A stretch of DNA of 64,000 nt, taken from Lama guanicoe. Lineage: Eukaryota. The notes below the pieces were generated by a model, which made no database searches, was not told the origin of the DNA, and saw only the letters and a program-made list of their open reading frames with translations. The stretch spans positions 1,924,276-1,988,275 of the forward strand of contig MU057344.1 of assembly GCA_013239625.1 (NCBI GenBank). The letters run 5' to 3'. A program made the translations under genes and the position numbers. Positions 61,230 through 64,000 of the stretch are shown here, one piece after another (the stretch's first letter is position 1; each line of letters starts with the position of its first letter).

Positions 61230-61517
61230 GTGAGCGGGGCTCTGGGCCGGGGCACGGGTGTGGAGGGCAGGCCCGGACGCCAGAGCCAGGCAGCCCTCGG
61301 GACGCAGTTGGACCTGCCCCGGGGCTCGGGTAACAGAGCCAGCCCCGCCCTCATGCCCCTGTCCAGCTCTGTCCAGGGTGGGTGGCCCATCTGAGTGGGT
61401 GACTGGTCCCTGGGCCCGTCCACAAGGTGCCCCTTGCGAATGTTGGCTCACACCAGGCGGCGTGGTCGGCGTGGCTCCTCCGTCGCCGGCTCACGAGGCC
61501 TCCCCGTCCCCTTCCAG

Positions 61518-61606
61518 CCTTCAAGCAGAGCCCCCCTGCCATCCCTGCCCTGGGCACCAGCATGAAGAAGAGGCGGCACGGGGACGAGGACGTGTACTAC
61601 ATGCAC
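61518..61606 (+). CDS. TP73: TP73 exon 9 (NLS, start of oligomerization domain)
   Basis: 89 nt. Encodes (T)FKQSPPAIPALGTSMKKRRHGDEDVYYMH; donor CAC|gtgagt. Confidence 0.96.
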
Positions 61607-62270
61607 GTGAGTGACTGGGGCCCCCAGCTCTGCAGGCCGCAGGGCCTGGAAGGGAGAGCCAGCTCCCAGGGGGCCTGACCAGCAGGGCCAGAGCAGAGGG
61701 AGAGCAGGGCCACCGCGCGGGGGCTCTGTCTGAGTCAGGCCCCAGCACAGGAAGTCTTGCTGCAGACACAGCAACACCATGGGGGTGATGCAGGCCCCCC
61801 ACGCCGGGCGGCGCGTGAGGAGCCCCACACCCGCACAGCCTGGCTGGCCCCAGCCGCGTCACGGAAACCGCGCTCGCAGGCTGCTGTGTGACAAGGCTTC
61901 TCCAGCTGGAGGGTGAAGCCCCTGCTTTGCTGGGACTGGTCTCTGACGTGAGAGGGTCATTTTCTGAGTTCTTCAAGAATGAATTCCTTGTTCTAAAAGT
62001 CCTGTATTTGTCGCAGGTCCCCTGCTGGCACCCACCGTGCACTGAGCTCTGGAAAGGGGGACGGGGACAGTGTGGTGGAGGCTCAGGGGTGGGAAGGGAT
62101 GGGCATGATTTGCGTGGACAGAGGAGACCCGCCCATCAGACCTGCTTCCGGGAAGAGGAGGGTAGAGGCAGGGGACCCCCAAGAAAGGAGAGGCGCTTCA
62201 CTGCCCGGGGGGCCTGGGCCGGGAGGCGTCCACACGCACCAGGGCAGAGGGTCCACCTCTCTGCGCTCAG

Positions 62271-62389
62271 GTGCGGGGCCGGGAGAACTTTGAGATCCTG
62301 ATGAAGATCAAGGAGAGCCTGGAGCTGATGGAGCTGGTGCCGCAGCAGCTGGTGGACTCCTACCGGCAGCAGCAGCTCCTACAGAGGCA
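62271..62389 (+). CDS. TP73: TP73 exon 10 (oligomerization domain)
   Basis: 119 nt. Encodes [39 protein letters not shown](Q). Confidence 0.97.
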
Positions 62390-62857
62390 GTGAGTGCAGC
62401 CCCTCTGGCCCCCGGGGCCCCGCCCTGTCCTGCCTGGCTGCCTGGGGGAGGTGGGGCTACCGGGGGACTCGGTGTGGCAAACAGTCACAGCACCAGGCAG
62501 CGGTTGCCTTGGTGTCCCCAAGCCTTCCCTGACTGCGGCCATCTCAGCCATCACTGTCTCCCCCACGGCGGGGTCTCTGCTCAGTGGATGCGCGGAGGGG
62601 TGGCTGGAGCAACGCTGACCCACCAAGACTAGGGCCGATTCCAGGGATGTAAGCCACACCCACCCCCTCCGACCCTTGCCGGGTCCTGCCTGCCAGCAGG
62701 CCACCATGAGACATCAGACAGGGAGTCTGGGTGAGGAGGCAGGCGCTCTGACACCTCACGCGGGTCGAGGTCTCCAGGCCCCAGCAGCACGGAGGTGTTA
62801 AGTGGAGGTGACAGTGTCCTGAGCGCCTTACCAACCCGAGCTGTCCCTTCCGAGCAG

Positions 62858-63006
62858 AAGCCACCTGCAGCCTCCGTCCTATGGGCCTGTCCTCTCGCCC
62901 ATGAACAAAGTGCATGGGGCAGTCAACAAGCTGCCCTCCGTCAACCAGCTGGTGGGCCAGCCTCCCCCCCACGGCTCGGCGGCCGGGCCCAACCTGGGGC
63001 CCATGG
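62858..63006 (+). CDS. TP73: TP73 exon 11 (skipped in gamma/epsilon/delta)
   Basis: 149 nt. Encodes SHLQPPSYGPVLSPMNKVHGAVNKLPSVNQLVGQPPPHGSAAGPNLGPM(G). Confidence 0.95.
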
Positions 63007-63213
63007 GTGAGTAGCTCGGGCAGCCTGGCTGGGGTGGGTGGGGACGCCCAAAGGGTGGGCTCGGACCACCAGGGGCTCTGGGTGGCTGCCTCCCTCCAGC
63101 AACTCGGGCCTATGAGCAAGACGCAGGGTCTTGGATGGTCCCCTCTGTCCACTCCTGGTCTTGGGGTGGCTGGGCCTGGCTCGCTCTGACAGGCCCGCCT
63201 GCCTCTTGCCCAG

Positions 63214-63352
63214 GCCCTGGGATCCTCAACAACCACGGCCACACCCTGCAGGCCGATGGCGAGATGAACGGGGGCCCCAGCTCCCAGCCCGTGGTCTCGG
63301 GGTCCCACTGCACCCCACCACCCGCCTACCACGCCGACCCCAGCCTGGTCAG
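63214..63352 (+). CDS. TP73: TP73 exon 12 (PPxY motif)
   Basis: 139 nt. Encodes PGILNNHGHTLQADGEMNGGPSSQPVVSGSHCTPPPAYHADPSLV(S). Confidence 0.96.
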
Positions 63353-63705
63353 GTACGTGGGTGGCTGCTGGGCCCCGCCACTAACCCACTAGCCTCAGCC
63401 CTGGCGGCCAGGTTACCTGGCCCCGCCCGGGGACGGTCCCTGCATGCCACCCTGCGCGTGCCCTGCTTAGCGGCTCGAGGAAGAACAGAGGCAGAGGAGG
63501 GTCAGGAGTGAGTATCCAACCGACGTGCTGAGGGGACACAATAAGCCAGGGGTTCCTTGGACGCTGTGCCCGCAGCGAGCGCGTCCCCGAAGCGGTGGCC
63601 AGCAGTGGGCGGGGCGACCTGTGGGGCGGCCAGTTTCTACCAGCACAGGCCGCGTAGCCGGGTCCTTAGAGGCTAATGCTGCTTTGTTTCCCAAACCCTC
63701 TGCAG

Positions 63706-63799
63706 TTTCCTAACAGGACTGGGGTGTCCAAACTGCATCGAGTGCTTCACCTCCCAGGGGCTGCAGAGCGTTTACCACCTGCAGAGCCTAACCATGGAG
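63706..63799 (+). CDS. TP73: TP73 exon 13 (SAM domain, skipped in beta); gene continues beyond the window
   Basis: 94 nt. Encodes FLTGLGCPNCIECFTSQGLQSVYHLQSLTME; flanks tgcag|T and GAG|gtaacc. Confidence 0.96.
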
Positions 63800-64000
63800 G
63801 TAACCGCCCCGGCCCTGCCCGGGCAGGAAGGCTCAGGGGCCACCCAGACCCGGCGCAGGGCCCTGTCTGCGGGGCAGGGAACGCTCTCCCCTTTCTGGGG
63901 CAGCCCCTCCGGGCCTGTCCTCGCCCGTGTGCGGGAAGCCTGGGGAATCTGGCAAACCCTTCTGCCCACAAGCAGTGTCCAGTCCAGCCAGTTCAGCTGC

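Noticed and set aside
1-64000. A wholly new gene system
   Set aside because: All convincing coding signal is explained by WRAP73 and TP73; what remains is regulatory or structural and is listed as hypotheses.

Overview
Mammalian genomic DNA, very GC/CpG-rich and probably camelid (it carries a Vic-1-like tRNA-Ala SINE). The window holds the first coding bases of WRAP73/WDR8 (minus strand, 1-55), head-to-head with almost all of TP73 (plus strand). TP73 elements visible: the P1 CpG-island promoter, non-coding exon 1, TA exons 2-3, the internal P2 promoter with deltaN exon 3', and exons 4-13; exon 14 lies beyond the window. Spliced exons 2-13 give 1578 nt (526 codons) with no stop, and all introns are GT-AG. 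The rest is intronic: old MIR, L2, L1M, MLT1 and DNA-transposon fragments, simple repeats and two assembly gaps. Nearly all ORFs in the supplied track are GC-content artefacts. I see no new gene system. The best leads are: (i) a ~154-bp inverted templated insertion into an L1 fragment in intron 3; (ii) loss of the p73-gamma stop codon in exon 13; (iii) a 22-codon uORF in exon 3' whose stop doubles as the deltaN' premature stop; (iv) a perfect RFX X-box and other motif clusters in intron 1. Comparisons with human sequence and repeat consensi are from memory and need alignment to confirm.
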